A program made the translations under genes and the position numbers. 64,000 nucleotides of DNA from Naegleria gruberi (taxonomy: Eukaryota), in assembly GCA_000004985.1 (NCBI GenBank), contig GG738906.1. One strand, written 5' to 3'. Shown here one piece after another: positions 33,253 to 45,500 of this stretch (positions are counted from its first letter, which is position 1; each line of letters opens with the position of its first letter). Below the pieces are notes generated by a model. That model had not been told where the DNA came from. It saw only the letters and a program-made list of their open reading frames with translations, and did no database searches.

Positions 33253-35288
33253 ATGATTTCGGAAAGGGATGTTCGTGCTAAGGATCAACAAGAAAAAGGG
33301 AAAATGATGGTTTCTTTCCGAGAGGATAAGAATATCATGCATTCACCTCCAACAAGCTTAAATAATGAGAGTACAATTATCACTCCCCCTCAAAAATCCT
33401 CCAATCAATTAAATCAATTACCACCCACATCACCTTCAAGAAAGAATCATTTGAACATTAGTACCAGTATTAATAATTCATCACCATCACCCTCAAATGC
33501 ATCTCAACAATTCTTGGTCATTCAACAACAACAAAAATTGAAGGAAAAGGATTTAAGCTTGAAAACTAACTCACCTCTTCTTGGAAGTAGTATTATTACA
33601 TTTGACGAATTGATGGAATTTATAAAGAAGATTGTTGCTTTGAGTGACACAATCAAGGAAACAAAATTAAAAAAGAATGGATCTATCATTCATGTTAGAC
33701 TTTTAAATATTGAGGTAAGATTTATAATTGAACTTTTTTTACATTTTTGCATATTAAGGATGAAATAATTCACTGGGGAAAGGAACTTATTAAACAATCC
33801 AATGACAAACAAATAGGGAAGGCTCTTCAATTACTGTATCAACACCTGACAAAGGTTTTCTCTTTGCTATCAAAAATTCAAAGATGTAAATGGTTCATTG
33901 ATATGAGATTTTCGAAAAAAGCTAAAAAATTAACCGAAGAATTGGACAATGTTACAACCATACTTGGTGTTAGTATAACCTATTTCAAAGCTCAATCAGC
34001 TTATTCAAATGTGCATAAATTAGGAATTGTGTCTGGATATCCAGATATAGATATTTTCGATATGGATGACAAGAACAATTTAGCATTAGCAGCTGATAGA
34101 TTTTATATTGGTCATGGTGTAACTCAGAATTTTGAAATGGCTTTTAGATTATATCTTCATGCGGCACGTTTGGGAGAAGCTCGATCCCAATATGTGGTGG
34201 GAACAATGCTAATTGAAGGGGTTGGTGTTGAAAAAGATACAAGACAAGGTGTAAAATGGACTCTAAAATCAGCAGCCCAAGATTATCCAGATTCTCTAAA
34301 TCAAATGGGTATCTTTTATGAAAAAGGGTTTGTGGTGGAGGAGAATCCAACTTTTGCTGCAAAATTCTATCTAAGAGCTACACATATGGCACACTTGGAT
34401 GGAATGACAAATTATGCATCACTGCTCCTCCATGGAAATGGGGTTGAAAAGAATGAACAAAAGGCTGCTTGGTTATTGAGAAAAGCTTGTGAAAGAAATT
34501 ATGCCAAAGCACAAAATGAACTAGGTGTCATGTTTTACAAAGGATTAGGTATTGAAGAAAACCCAGATAAGGCAGTTGAACTGTTTACATTAAGTGCAGA
34601 CAGAGGTAATGTCTATGCTTTAAATAATCTTGGAATTGCCTACGAAGAAGGAAAGGGAGTAGTTAGAGATTATGCTAAGGCCACTCTTTGCTATGAAAAG
34701 TCCTCGAAACTGGGAAACATAAATGCACTTAACAATCTGGGATACATCAAGCTGCTTCAAAAGCAATATGACGAAGCATTAGAGCTTCTCCATCAAGCTG
34801 CTGATAGAGGAAGCATTGATGCCATGTACAATATTGGAAATGTATACAGGATAGGACTAGGTGTAAATGCAGAACCAAGCCTATCCTTAAAGTTTTTATA
34901 TCGAGCAGCCAACTTGGGCCACCATAAAGCTCAGAAACTTGTGGGTGATATTTTGTATTCTGGTGTTGGAGAAGCAATACCTTCCAATAGAAAAGAAGCT
35001 GCCTCGTTTTACTACAAAGCTGCTCTCAATGGAGATGCAGATGCATGCAACAATTTGGGAATAATGTATGAGGATGGAAGTAGTGGCGTTGAAAAGGATG
35101 AAGAAAAGGCAGTTCTATGGTTCAGAAAAGCATCTAATCTTGGTTCAGATAATGGAATGTTCAACTTGGCAGCCATTTATGAAAGAAGAAACAAGAAGGA
35201 AGAAGCAACAACACTACTCAGAAAAGCAAGCATGTTAGGAAACATTAAGGCTAGAGAAAGGGTTGGACCAGTCGCAGAAATAATTTAA
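33253..35288 (+). CDS. Sel1-repeat (TPR-like) protein, 2 exons
   Basis: Exon 1 is 33253-33714 (N/S-rich). A 44-nt intron at 33715-33758 (GTAAGA...TTAAG) is in phase 0. Exon 2 is 33759-35288 with about 10 Sel1 repeats (…AQ..LG..Y..G.GV..D…). Confidence 0.7.
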
Positions 35289-35338
35289 AAAGTGAAACTT
35301 TACAATGTACTCTTTAATGGATAATCATAATTTAAAAA

Positions 35339-36854
35339 ATGGAGAAAAGTGGGTGTTGTTGTGAAGGCACACTTTGCAAGAGAGGAAAAATAAAAAAATC
35401 GAATGATATTAGGTTGGATTACCTGAATGTGGATCCACAAATTCCGATACCACATTTTAAATTCTGGCCAGGAAATAATCCAATAGGATGCAACGGAAGA
35501 ATTGTTAATGGAAAAGATCAACTGAATTACGCAATTTCTTGGCTCTTGATATTAATTCCTTCTATTGGTTTTTTTTCGTTTGTGTACGTTTTTAATATTT
35601 TGAAAAACATATATGTAATGATTTCCGAATAACAAATTATCTAGTTGTGTGGATTATTTTAGATTTATTAGTATTTTCGCAGGAATACCAATTACATTGA
35701 TAGGATTAATTCTCTTTTTATTAATTGTTTTTTATTTGTATAAAGTTGGAACCATTGATCCAGGTTATTTACCTAAATCAAGCCAAGTTTATCAAGAAAA
35801 ATTCAAACACGATAGAAAACTATTGAGAAAATTAAGAAGAAAGGAGGGAGCTGTCATGTCATCTATAGAAGAATCGACTCTTCACTCTACGGAAGGTGAT
35901 GAAGATGATGGCACTGAAAAAGATGGTCTGAGTGATGAGGAAATGAGTGATGAGGACCCACTTGGAGGAAATAAGGAGGAACACTCTAGTGTTCCAGAAT
36001 TTAAAATAATTACTTTTAATGGTTGTCAAATCAAGCTGAAATATTGCAAAACTTGTAAAATATTTAGATTGCCAAGAGCTAGTCATTGCAGAAGATGCAA
36101 TAGTTGTGGTAAGTAATAGAAAAATGGATAATTAGACAAAAATAGTTTCTAGATTTGATCATCACTGCCCTTGGACTGGAACTTGTATTGGAGAACGAAA
36201 TTACAAATACTTTTACGGATTTTTATTCTTTTTGACAAGTGGAATAGTATATGCAGGAGTAGCTAGTTTAATTGAAATTATTTTATTTGTCTTCTTCGCA
36301 ACTCGAGAGAGTTCTAATTTGGAATATAGTAATGAAACAGTCCAAAAGGCAGTCTTACTTTGCCTCATGTCTTCCCCAGTTTCGTAAGTTGAGAGTCAAA
36401 GATAACATAATTCTAATATTTTAGATTTTTGATTGTTGTTTTTGCTGCCATAATGAGTCTATCTGTTGGTTCATTAGGTTGTTTTCATACCTATCTATCA
36501 TTCACAAACCAGACAACATACGAAAATGTAAGTTTATTCATTTCCATTCTAATTTGCAAATTCAAAAAGATCAATAGAGTTTACAACAAGACAGGAAATC
36601 CATTCAGCAAAGGCTTGCTTTCAAACCTAAAAGAAACTCTCTTTTATAAAGTACCTTTTAGTCAAGTGGCTCTAAATAAGAAGTACTCTATTGCTCAAAT
36701 TGATGCCATGCAACCTAATGAGTTAGTTGGAGAACCTAGTCATTCAGTACTCGAGCTTCAAATGGAAGCCGAAACAAGCCATGAAATAATCTCATCAGAG
36801 AATACTTCACTTGAATCCTCTTATCCTTACTACTCTCGGCAAGAAGTGGTATAA
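35339..36854 (+). CDS. DHHC-type protein S-acyltransferase (zf-DHHC), at least 4 exons
   Basis: Exons 35339-35583, 35663-36108, 36146-36383 and 36425-36854. Introns are 79, 37 and 41 nt. The spliced protein gives the canonical [41 protein letters not shown]. Confidence 0.75.
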
Positions 36855-36870
36855 TTATTTGAAATAAATT

Positions 36871-37812
36871 TTATATTGTCTTAATGCTATTGTAATGTTC
36901 ACCCAAGGCATAATATCTCTTGTGATAGGATACAAAAAGGATGGAGCTGCTTGGGTGAGGTGTCATTGAATTGTCTCCCATAAGTACAATTCCACTATCT
37001 TGCACAATTTTTAAAATGAATTGTTTACCACACAAGTCAAGAAAAGCTTGAATTTCCACTTGTCCTCCCCATTCACTACTAGATTCTACAATGTTCGCAT
37101 ATTCATCCATAGTTTCACAAACATCCATAACAAATGGAAAATATTCATCAGATTTTCTCCTCAATTGGTTAGCAATCAAACTTCTCAAATGAAGATATGT
37201 AAAAAGTCCATTAGAAGTGGTTAAACTTTTTAGCTCTCTCTTATTTTTTTCAGATAGCTCACTATTAGCTCTTTCCAATAATTGTTTGGTGAATGAATTA
37301 TTCAAATTGGTATTTAATTGATCAGCAAGAGATCTATATAAACAATGACCGTCGGAATCAATTTCAAAAATACTTTGATTTGGTTCCAAATATTGTTTGA
37401 TTCTTTCAATCTCAACATCTCTCTGTGTTACACCTCCACTATCCATAAATTCTTGATGTGCCTGTTGTCTGGCATCTGTTTGTTTTTGTACTTTTTTTTG
37501 TTTTTTTTTAGCATTTTTCAACTTTCGTTGTTCTGCCTTCTTCTTTTCCTCCCCGTCTTTGGATATTGTTTGTTTAGGTGTTGATTCTTTTTCATCCTCT
37601 TCATCATCAACAGTGGAAGACATTTTAGCTTCCCATAGTTCTGTCTCATGACGTTGTTCCACTTCCTTCAACTTTTCCTTCCACTTGTTTTCAAACTTTT
37701 TCTTTGTTGCAGCACCAGAGTTGGCAATTTTTTCAAACTCTTTAGCTTTTTCTTCTGCCAGATTTTGCAATTCCTGTTCATGGAGTGCTTCAAGTTCTTT
37801 AACTGACGACAT
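36871..37812 (-). CDS. OTU-domain deubiquitinase (OTUD6-like) with an N-terminal coiled coil
   Basis: The catalytic Cys motif is DGHCLYRSLADQL. K/E-rich N-terminal helix. 313 aa, single exon. Confidence 0.6.
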   Translation of the reverse strand: MSSVKELEALHEQELQNLAEEKAKEFEKIANSGAATKKKFENKWKEKLKEVEQRHETELWEAKMSSTVDDEEDEKESTPKQTISKDGEEKKKAEQRKLKNAKKKQKKVQKQTDARQQAHQEFMDSGGVTQRDVEIERIKQYLEPNQSIFEIDSDGHCLYRSLADQLNTNLNNSFTKQLLERANSELSEKNKRELKSLTTSNGLFTYLHLRSLIANQLRRKSDEYFPFVMDVCETMDEYANIVESSSEWGGQVEIQAFLDLCGKQFILKIVQDSGIVLMGDNSMTPHPSSSILFVSYHKRYYALGEHYNSIKTI

Positions 37813-37921
37813 TTTTTTTGTATTTAAATGTAAAAAAACTAATTAAACAGACTATTCCGAAAAGTATTTTTAATTATTTATAATTAAAATTTTTATTATT
37901 AATAACCAAGTTAATTTCTTC

Positions 37922-38621
37922 TTATTGATTTAAAAAGTATGTATAATCTAATTCGAGAGTCTTTTTTGTTATTGCGAAAAAACCAACACTCAATTGTCCT
38001 CTGTGATGGGTTGCATGATTAAAAACATGAAACAGAGAATCGGAGAGATATTGTTCCATCAACTCATTAGTCGTAGAAAAATAGTGTATTTTCATTGATT
38101 CGAATACTTTTGGTTCATAATTAGTCAATATTGATTCAACAAATTCTTTCCACCTCTCACATTGCTTTAATAATAATTGACAAACCACTTCAGTATCTTC
38201 CACAACACTTGTCCACTCATTAGCTTGATCGTTACCCCAAAATTTGTGTAATTCATCTCTAGTAAATTTGAGTGTGTAATTTTGAGTTGAAATTTCTATC
38301 ATTGGATCCTCATTGGGTTGTTGTTCTGGTGATGAAGATGGTGTATATTTTAAACCAGAAACAACTCTATCAAACCATAACAGTTCCGCTAACAAGCAAT
38401 GAGTTAACACTGAATGCACATTTTTAAAGAAAAGTCCTTGAATTGGTTGTTTCCACAAATTAGTATCATTCTTTTCGTTTCGGATTTCATTTACAACACG
38501 TTGATAGGCCCACTCATGATATCTAAAAATTGTAATACAATTTAATAAACACTCCTTTATTTTTAGTATTACAATTTATTCCTTACCTAACAAAAGAATT
38601 GAGTTGTCTTGATAGACTCAT
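37922..38621 (-). CDS. DinB_2/YfiT-like metal-dependent hydrolase/thiol transferase superfamily protein (bacterial-type), 2 exons
   Basis: The C-terminal motif is FNHATHHRGQL (H..HHRGQ). Exon 1 is 38587-38621 (MSLSRQLNSFV). A 64-nt intron at 38523-38586 (GTAAGG...TTTTTAG) is in phase 2. Exon 2 is 37922-38522. Confidence 0.55.
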
Positions 38622-38826
38622 TTTTATTTTATTTATATTATTTTTTTATTCTAAAATACATACCAGTATACCGTGCATGTGGCGTTGTAATTTTATTAAT
38701 ATTTATTTTACAAGTTTTTAACAATCTTACTACAGTAAAAGGTTCTGGCATGCCATTGTTTCACCAATTTCACTTTTTTTGGCGTATAAAAACAATCTAA
38801 TAATAGCATTTTCCAACAAGAAAAAA

Positions 38827-40410
38827 ATGCCTTCTTCATCAACAGAAGGAAAGGACAGAAAAAAGAAAGACTCGTCCTCTTCAAAAAAGAAGGAATCAAA
38901 AGACAAATCAGAATCTAAAAAATCATCTTCCTCAAGTAAAACTAAAAGCACACCAAATACTACAACAACGTCAAAGGATAATGATGACGATTTTGAAGAA
39001 AAACAATTCGTCTTGAGAGTTCCCGAAGACATCGCAGAAAAAATCCGGGAACGTATTCGTAAAGAAAGTAAATCATCATCAGAGAAAGCTCAACGAGTAG
39101 GATTGGATATGAGCATCAAATTTGGTGACGATGTGGATGTTTTACAATTCCTGCAAGCAGCTAGATTGACAGAAGAAGATGTTAAAGTTAACACTGCAAG
39201 AAAAGAAGACCTAGCTAATGGGTACCTAAGTGATATCGAGTATGGTATTGATAAGAATAGAAGAGGAAGGTTTCAATTTGGTGACAAAATTCTTCCTTGT
39301 GTACTAGTAGATATGCCAACACATGTAGAGGCATATAAATCTATTGATTGCCAAACATATTACAAATGTGGAGATGTCAGCCAAATGATCCTTGTACAAA
39401 AACCATCTGATTTGGAAGCTGATATTCAAAAGTCAAGAGTTAAAAGAAACAAATGTTATCAAAAGAATTCGAATAACAAAACCCACCATCATCATCATCA
39501 TGATTCGAAAAAGAGAAAAACTAAGGACTTGTTAACAAGCTACCTCTTTGAAGATGGTCTTACTTCTCCGATGGAAAGAGTTTTAAGACATTGGAATTCT
39601 CAAAAATTGGAAATTACTAGAAAAGACATTAAAAAACTCAAGGAAAAATATATTCAAATGTTGGAAGAAGAGGATCCAACAAAAGTAAAGATTGAGTTTG
39701 TAGAATATGCTTCAGAGCAAGAGAGATTAGCAGCTTTGCACGAGGAAATGAGTAGCTCATCTTCATCTGATTCGAGTGAATCAGACGAAGACTCTGATGA
39801 TTCTGACAACCTTTTTGATGAATTGAGTGCTAACAGAAAAGATGTAGATAGTGTAAATGGTGACAATGGTACCAACAATCTAGGATCTTCAACACCACTC
39901 AGTCAAGGAAGCTCTAATCCACTAGGCTTTACACCATTCTCGAACACTCCAAACATTCCTAAACATAACCCTACATATATGAGTGAAGATAACATGTCTG
40001 ATGGAGGAGAATCTCAAATTTCTACAATGAGCAAACAGTCTTTGAAACAAAATCCAACACCAAGCCAAATTTCTGATCAGGAAATGAAAGATGAAGACTC
40101 AAGTTCAGAAGATGAATCAGATGACAATGATATGTTTGATGAGGTATCAGCAGCTCCCCAACCATCAGTAGATGTTCGCACAACTCCTCAATATCAAGAA
40201 TTAATTATGAAAAAAGAGTCCTGTGAAAGAATTATTTTTGAAAACGAGTCAAAAATCAAACTGGTGCAAACCAATATAGGAAAAGCTAAAAATGATATTC
40301 AAAAACAAAGAGCTAATGCTGCTATTGCTAGTCTTGGAGATATAGTACAAGATCACAAACAAAAACTTCAAGACATCATTAATGAAATGGATCAATTACT
40401 TCGAAGATAA
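38827..40410 (+). CDS. TAF7: TFIID subunit TAF7
   Basis: QFVLRVPEDIAEKIRERI... and LPCVLVDMPTHVEAYKSIDCQTYYKCGDVSQMILV match the TAF7 core. Acidic/Ser-rich C-terminal half. True ATG at 38827. Confidence 0.7.
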   Translation: MPSSSTEGKDRKKKDSSSSKKKESKDKSESKKSSSSSKTKSTPNTTTTSKDNDDDFEEKQFVLRVPEDIAEKIRERIRKESKSSSEKAQRVGLDMSIKFGDDVDVLQFLQAARLTEEDVKVNTARKEDLANGYLSDIEYGIDKNRRGRFQFGDKILPCVLVDMPTHVEAYKSIDCQTYYKCGDVSQMILVQKPSDLEADIQKSRVKRNKCYQKNSNNKTHHHHHHDSKKRKTKDLLTSYLFEDGLTSPMERVLRHWNSQKLEITRKDIKKLKEKYIQMLEEEDPTKVKIEFVEYASEQERLAALHEEMSSSSSSDSSESDEDSDDSDNLFDELSANRKDVDSVNGDNGTNNLGSSTPLSQGSSNPLGFTPFSNTPNIPKHNPTYMSEDNMSDGGESQISTMSKQSLKQNPTPSQISDQEMKDEDSSSEDESDDNDMFDEVSAAPQPSVDVRTTPQYQELIMKKESCERIIFENESKIKLVQTNIGKAKNDIQKQRANAAIASLGDIVQDHKQKLQDIINEMDQLLRR

Positions 40411-40454
40411 AGTATTTAATTTTTTAATATTTTTGCGCAAAATCATTAAAAAAA

Positions 40455-42416
40455 ATGAAGAAACTCGCAAAAAGTGTACTGCTCCAATCTAAGGTTCTTC
40501 GTCATCAATATAACAAAGGACCAAAATTATGTGGCATTAGTAGTTTAAATAATTTTAAAACTTTTAGTTCAAACTCAGGAGTATTTAACAAAGAGAATGA
40601 TATTATTGAAAGTGATGAAATGGATGAGGATTTAAAACTTTCCCTCTTTGGTGATTCTAGAGGTTCTGATGAATCTAGTTCGAGGTCAAACTATGTTTCC
40701 AGATTGGGCAATGATACTAATGGTGTTTCCTATACAACATATCTTGAAAAAGACAAACACTTCCGAAGACTCACTGAAGAAGAAGTTTCAACTTTAAAAC
40801 AAAAATACAGTGATGTAATGAACCCTCCAACAATAATAACACAATATCCATTCGATTTGAAAACAACACAATCAACCAACTCTACTAAACCACTCGTTTC
40901 ACCTATTAACCATCACGAGTATTTTGCTGTTCTTGATAAAATCAATGCTAGAGTTCTTCAAAGAGGTACCACTGTCACTAAAGTTGGTGTAGCTGTGAGT
41001 GGAGGAGGTGATTCTATGGGTACTGCTATTCTTGTTAAAAAGTGGGCAGACTATTTGAAACAAAAAAAAGGTATCGATATGGAAGTGGTTGCTTTGATTG
41101 TTGACCATCAAATCAGAGAAGAATCAGAACATGAAATGTTATATGTTCATGAAGTGTTAACAAAAACAGTAGGGTACAAAAACGTATTTTGCTTCCAATG
41201 CTTATGGCCAGATAACCAAAAAAAACAACAAAGAATTGCTAGATTGAAGAGACAATTAATTATGTCAAGTGAATGTGTTTCTCAAAAAATTGATCTTCTC
41301 ATTTCAGGTCACCACAAACAAGACAATATCGAAACCATGATTCATAGAGTTGCCTTTTCGAGTGGAATTAATGGCCTTAATGGTATACCTTTGATTTACT
41401 CATATTGTGTAGCAGATGCCACAATAATGCTTGCAAGACCTGGCTTGGTATTTGATTGTAATGAACTTAAAGCAGTTTGTACTCAATACAATATCAAATG
41501 GGTTGAAGATCCAAAAAATAGTGATGAAAGAGAATTCAGATCAATTATTAGATCTAGGTTGGGACTTTTATATCAGTCTGGAGTATCACCTAGTAATTTT
41601 TATAATTTCTTATTGACATTGGGTGCCATTCGTCACATTATGCTTCGTGAATCACTTAACTTTTATAATAGGTATGTGAGGTTTGATGATGAATTGGGTT
41701 TTGCTGGAATTTATTTCTACAGTCTTGAAAAGACTGCCGAGTTTGTTGCTTCAAATGCTCTCAATTCATTAATACAATACGTTACAAATAGAGAATTTCC
41801 AGTAACATTGGGTTCTATTAAGAATGTTGTCAGATATTTACCATCAACGAAACGTTCTCTTGGTGGTTGCTTATTGGTTCCTGATAAGAAGGTTCTCTAT
41901 GTTATTCGTGATACTGGTCCTCTCAGAAGAAAAAAGAATCACACAACCATTAGATTCACTGATAAGGGCATTGTGTGGGATAATAGATTTTTCATTCAAA
42001 TTTTCCAATATAACAAAATGAATATTCCAGAGGAAAATATAACTTATTCAAAAAAGCTTAGCTTGGAAAAACAACCAGAGTATGATAATATTTTAATTCC
42101 AAATTATGATGGAAAGGTTGACACAGATCCAAATGGTATTTACAAAATTAGACCATTTACTGAAACTGACCATAAATACTTTGGTGAACATTATCCACTC
42201 ATGATGAAAGCTGCAAAGCAGTACCCTAATTATTTAACGAGAAGCTTCCCTGTTATTGAGGATAGTAAAGGTACTCTTGGTATTCCTTTCCTTGGTTGGA
42301 AGAGATGCGTCAACATTTTCTGGTACATTAAATTCCTTCCATCTCGTCAAAAGTTTGTGCCAGGTGAAGCTGACAGTTTGTACGATTTTGTTAAACTCTT
42401 TTCAAAGAATAAATAG
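40455..42416 (+). CDS. PP-loop ATPase of the tRNA(Ile)-lysidine synthetase (TilS/MesJ) family with a ~170-aa N-terminal extension (presequence-like)
   Basis: The PP-loop is VGVAVSGGGDSMGTAIL. The N-terminus MKKLAKSVLLQSKVLRHQYNKGPKL is basic/amphipathic. The start codon is only 44 bp after the TAF7 stop. Confidence 0.5.
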   Translation: MKKLAKSVLLQSKVLRHQYNKGPKLCGISSLNNFKTFSSNSGVFNKENDIIESDEMDEDLKLSLFGDSRGSDESSSRSNYVSRLGNDTNGVSYTTYLEKDKHFRRLTEEEVSTLKQKYSDVMNPPTIITQYPFDLKTTQSTNSTKPLVSPINHHEYFAVLDKINARVLQRGTTVTKVGVAVSGGGDSMGTAILVKKWADYLKQKKGIDMEVVALIVDHQIREESEHEMLYVHEVLTKTVGYKNVFCFQCLWPDNQKKQQRIARLKRQLIMSSECVSQKIDLLISGHHKQDNIETMIHRVAFSSGINGLNGIPLIYSYCVADATIMLARPGLVFDCNELKAVCTQYNIKWVEDPKNSDEREFRSIIRSRLGLLYQSGVSPSNFYNFLLTLGAIRHIMLRESLNFYNRYVRFDDELGFAGIYFYSLEKTAEFVASNALNSLIQYVTNREFPVTLGSIKNVVRYLPSTKRSLGGCLLVPDKKVLYVIRDTGPLRRKKNHTTIRFTDKGIVWDNRFFIQIFQYNKMNIPEENITYSKKLSLEKQPEYDNILIPNYDGKVDTDPNGIYKIRPFTETDHKYFGEHYPLMMKAAKQYPNYLTRSFPVIEDSKGTLGIPFLGWKRCVNIFWYIKFLPSRQKFVPGEADSLYDFVKLFSKNK

Positions 42417-42596
42417 GTTTATTAGTGGTTTTTTAGTTGAATCAAAAATTCAATTCTGTTACTTTACAAAATCTGTTACAATTGTAAACTCGGTTGGCTT
42501 GATTGAGATTACTGAAAAGCCTTTTCAATTGATTAGTTTTGAAATTGAAGCGTTTCTGTTTGGGTATGATACAGTAAAATGACATGAGAACTTTGT

Positions 42597-45500
42597 TTAT
42601 TCTTCTTCATCATCATCAGCCAGATTGTGCTTTCGTTTTGTTCCTCTTTTACCCACCAATTGGGGAGCAGGAGTATACGAAGAAGCAGCAGAGGTTTCTT
42701 CTTCCTCTACTGCTGAAGTGTGATTCGTTACTCGAGCAACAGTTGAAGAGCCATTAACAAACTTGGTCTTGAAAAGCACATTAGCATTTTGAAACATTCC
42801 TTCCTTGAGAGAAACAACAATAAATTGAGAATTTGTAAAATGTTGCTTGAGCATTCTACCAATGTTCTGGGTATGAGAGGGATCCAAGGCAGCATCTATT
42901 TCATCCAAAATATAAACAGGAGCTGGTTTAAATCTAAGCAAAGATAAAATAAGTGATAGGGCAAGAAGAGATCTCTGCCCACCACTCAACTCTGTTAGAG
43001 ACTCTTTCCATGCACCATTAAAAGCCACTTTTACCTCCAAACCGTCAAGAGGTCCATTAACTGCATCAGATGGAGGTTCTAATTTGGCTGAGGCACCAAC
43101 CAAAAGCATTGAAAATATTGATCTGAAATATTCATCAACTTTCTTCCAAGTATCCTCTATAGTTTTCTTTTTCTTTTCATCTAATTCCTCAATAACTTCC
43201 CCAATTTTTTTCTTATCTGCTTCCACAATATCCTTTTTTTTCACTAGTTCTGTATATTCATCCTCTGTTTTTTCATAAAGTGCCATAGCCTTTTTGTTTA
43301 TGGTCTTTGAGAGATTTTCACAAGATTCTTTCATTTCGGCCAATCTTTGCTTACAAGCTGGTAGTGTTTCCTTATCCTTACTAAAATGAAATTCACTTCC
43401 TTCCTCATTGAAACTTTCTTCTTCCTTCTTTATCCACTTATTCGCAGTTAAAAGCTTCTTCATTTCTGATGAATGCGTCTCTTGGGATTTTGTCAAATTG
43501 GATAACTGATGTTCTAAGCTTTTGATTGAGAGCTTGGCCTCATGTGATTTCTTAGAAATGTCTTCCTTCTTGGTATGGAGTTTGTTTATCTCTTCATCTG
43601 ACTTTGAGAGGGTGGCTGTGGATTCATTTAGTTTGATATTATTCTCTTTTAAGTCTTGTTCTAGTAAAGTTACATTATTCTGGAGCTCCTTGTTTTCTTG
43701 TTCAAGGATGGATACTGACTTCTTCTTCTCATCTCTTTGATTCTCCAATTCGAGTATGTCTTTTTCTGTTTGTTGTAATCGGTGAGCAATCTTATCTGCT
43801 TCTATCTGTTTCAATGATTGCTTGTAATTAGCAAAATCTGATTTGGCTCTTTTAATATTAGTCTCTATATTTTCCAAATTGTGTTTCTTACGAGATTCTT
43901 CATCGTTACCAAGTTTACTGAAAGCTTCTTGTTGTTTTTCTAGTTCCATTTTATCTTTTTCTCTTGTCTTTAATTCATCACTACAAGACTCTTGATTCTG
44001 TTGCAATGACTCAATTTCACTTTTGATGTTTTCAATTAATTTCTTGGTTTCATTAAAGCTCTTATAACTAATTCTTTTTTCAGTATTGGTATACTCTCTC
44101 TGTTTCATTGATAATTCATCCTTAAGAGAATAATACTTTTCTCTCTTATTTTTATCTATTTTAGATTCTAGTTGTTGCTTCTTTTTGTCCAGTGTATTGA
44201 TTTCCTCCTCTAATGATAGCAATTTCTCGACTCTATTAAGTGTGGATTGATCTATGTTGAATTTTCTTGCACCTCCGGTTAATGTTCCTGCAGGTTCAAA
44301 AACGTCACCATCCCATGTTACAGTTTTGGCAAGTATGTGTTGATCAAAAGCAACTTGCTTGGCTGTCTCCATATTTTCAGCAACTAGAGTATTACCAAAA
44401 CAATATTTCATTGCGTTTTCTACCTTCTTGTCGTAGCTTATTAAATTTAAAGCAAGTTGAGCACCACGTTTCTCAGCAAGAGCTAAGATTTCACTTTTTT
44501 CAAACTTTCTGCTGTAAGAAATGGTATTCAGAGGTACAGTTGTAACACGTCTATTTAAATCACCTTTTTTGATAACATCTTTTGCTGTTTGTTGATTATC
44601 TACTACTAATTGACCAAGTTTTGCACTGGCACATACTTCAAGTGCACAAATGTGTTTTTTTTCCTTTGCCCTAAATAAATTTGCAATAATTCCCATTACT
44701 TCACCAGAAATATGTTTCTTGTTGTAGTCAATATAAATATGTGATAATTCACTTTTCAATTTTACAATTTCATTTTTCTTTTCTTGAATCTTTGTTTCTA
44801 TTTGTTCAATTTCTTCTTCAGTCTGCTTGTATATTATTTCATTAAAGTTTAAATCTTCCAATTTTTTTTTAATTTCTTCCAAACTCTCATTCAGTTGTTG
44901 TAAATGTTGCTTGATGTTAGTATCTTCATTGGATTGAGTTTTAAGCAACGATGTCTTTTCTTCTAGACCCTTTTTTAAATAAGTGAGTGTAACAGTGTTT
45001 TGATTAATTTTAACTTTCAAGGAGGTAATTTGTTTTTCACAGTCCATTATTTGTTCTGTAAGAGTTTTGCCGTTACCATCGTTAACATTGACAGCAATAC
45101 CTGCAGAGACTGCCTCTTGTTGCTTTTTCAAATTTTCCATTCTATTAGTACAATCTTCCATCTTCTTTTTCAATTCTTCTGATTTAATTTTGGCTTCTGC
45201 ATGCTTTTTCGACAATACCTCTCTTGATGCAGTCTCTTCTTCTAATTGCTTCTCCAATTCGTTCAACTTTTCGTTTTCTCTGTTTAGTTCTTTAATTTTA
45301 CTCTCCAATTCTGGTTTCCTTTTACTCAAATCCTTATTGATGGAAGATAAAGAGTTGTGTAAAGTATTTAAATCTTGTTTCATTCTATTTTGTTTTTGAT
45401 TCTTCATAGAGTCTATCTTTTTTTGGATTTCATCTTCTTCGGTGATATACTTTTCGATTTGTTCTCTGACCCCCTCAATTTTATCTTTAAGCGTCTTTTC

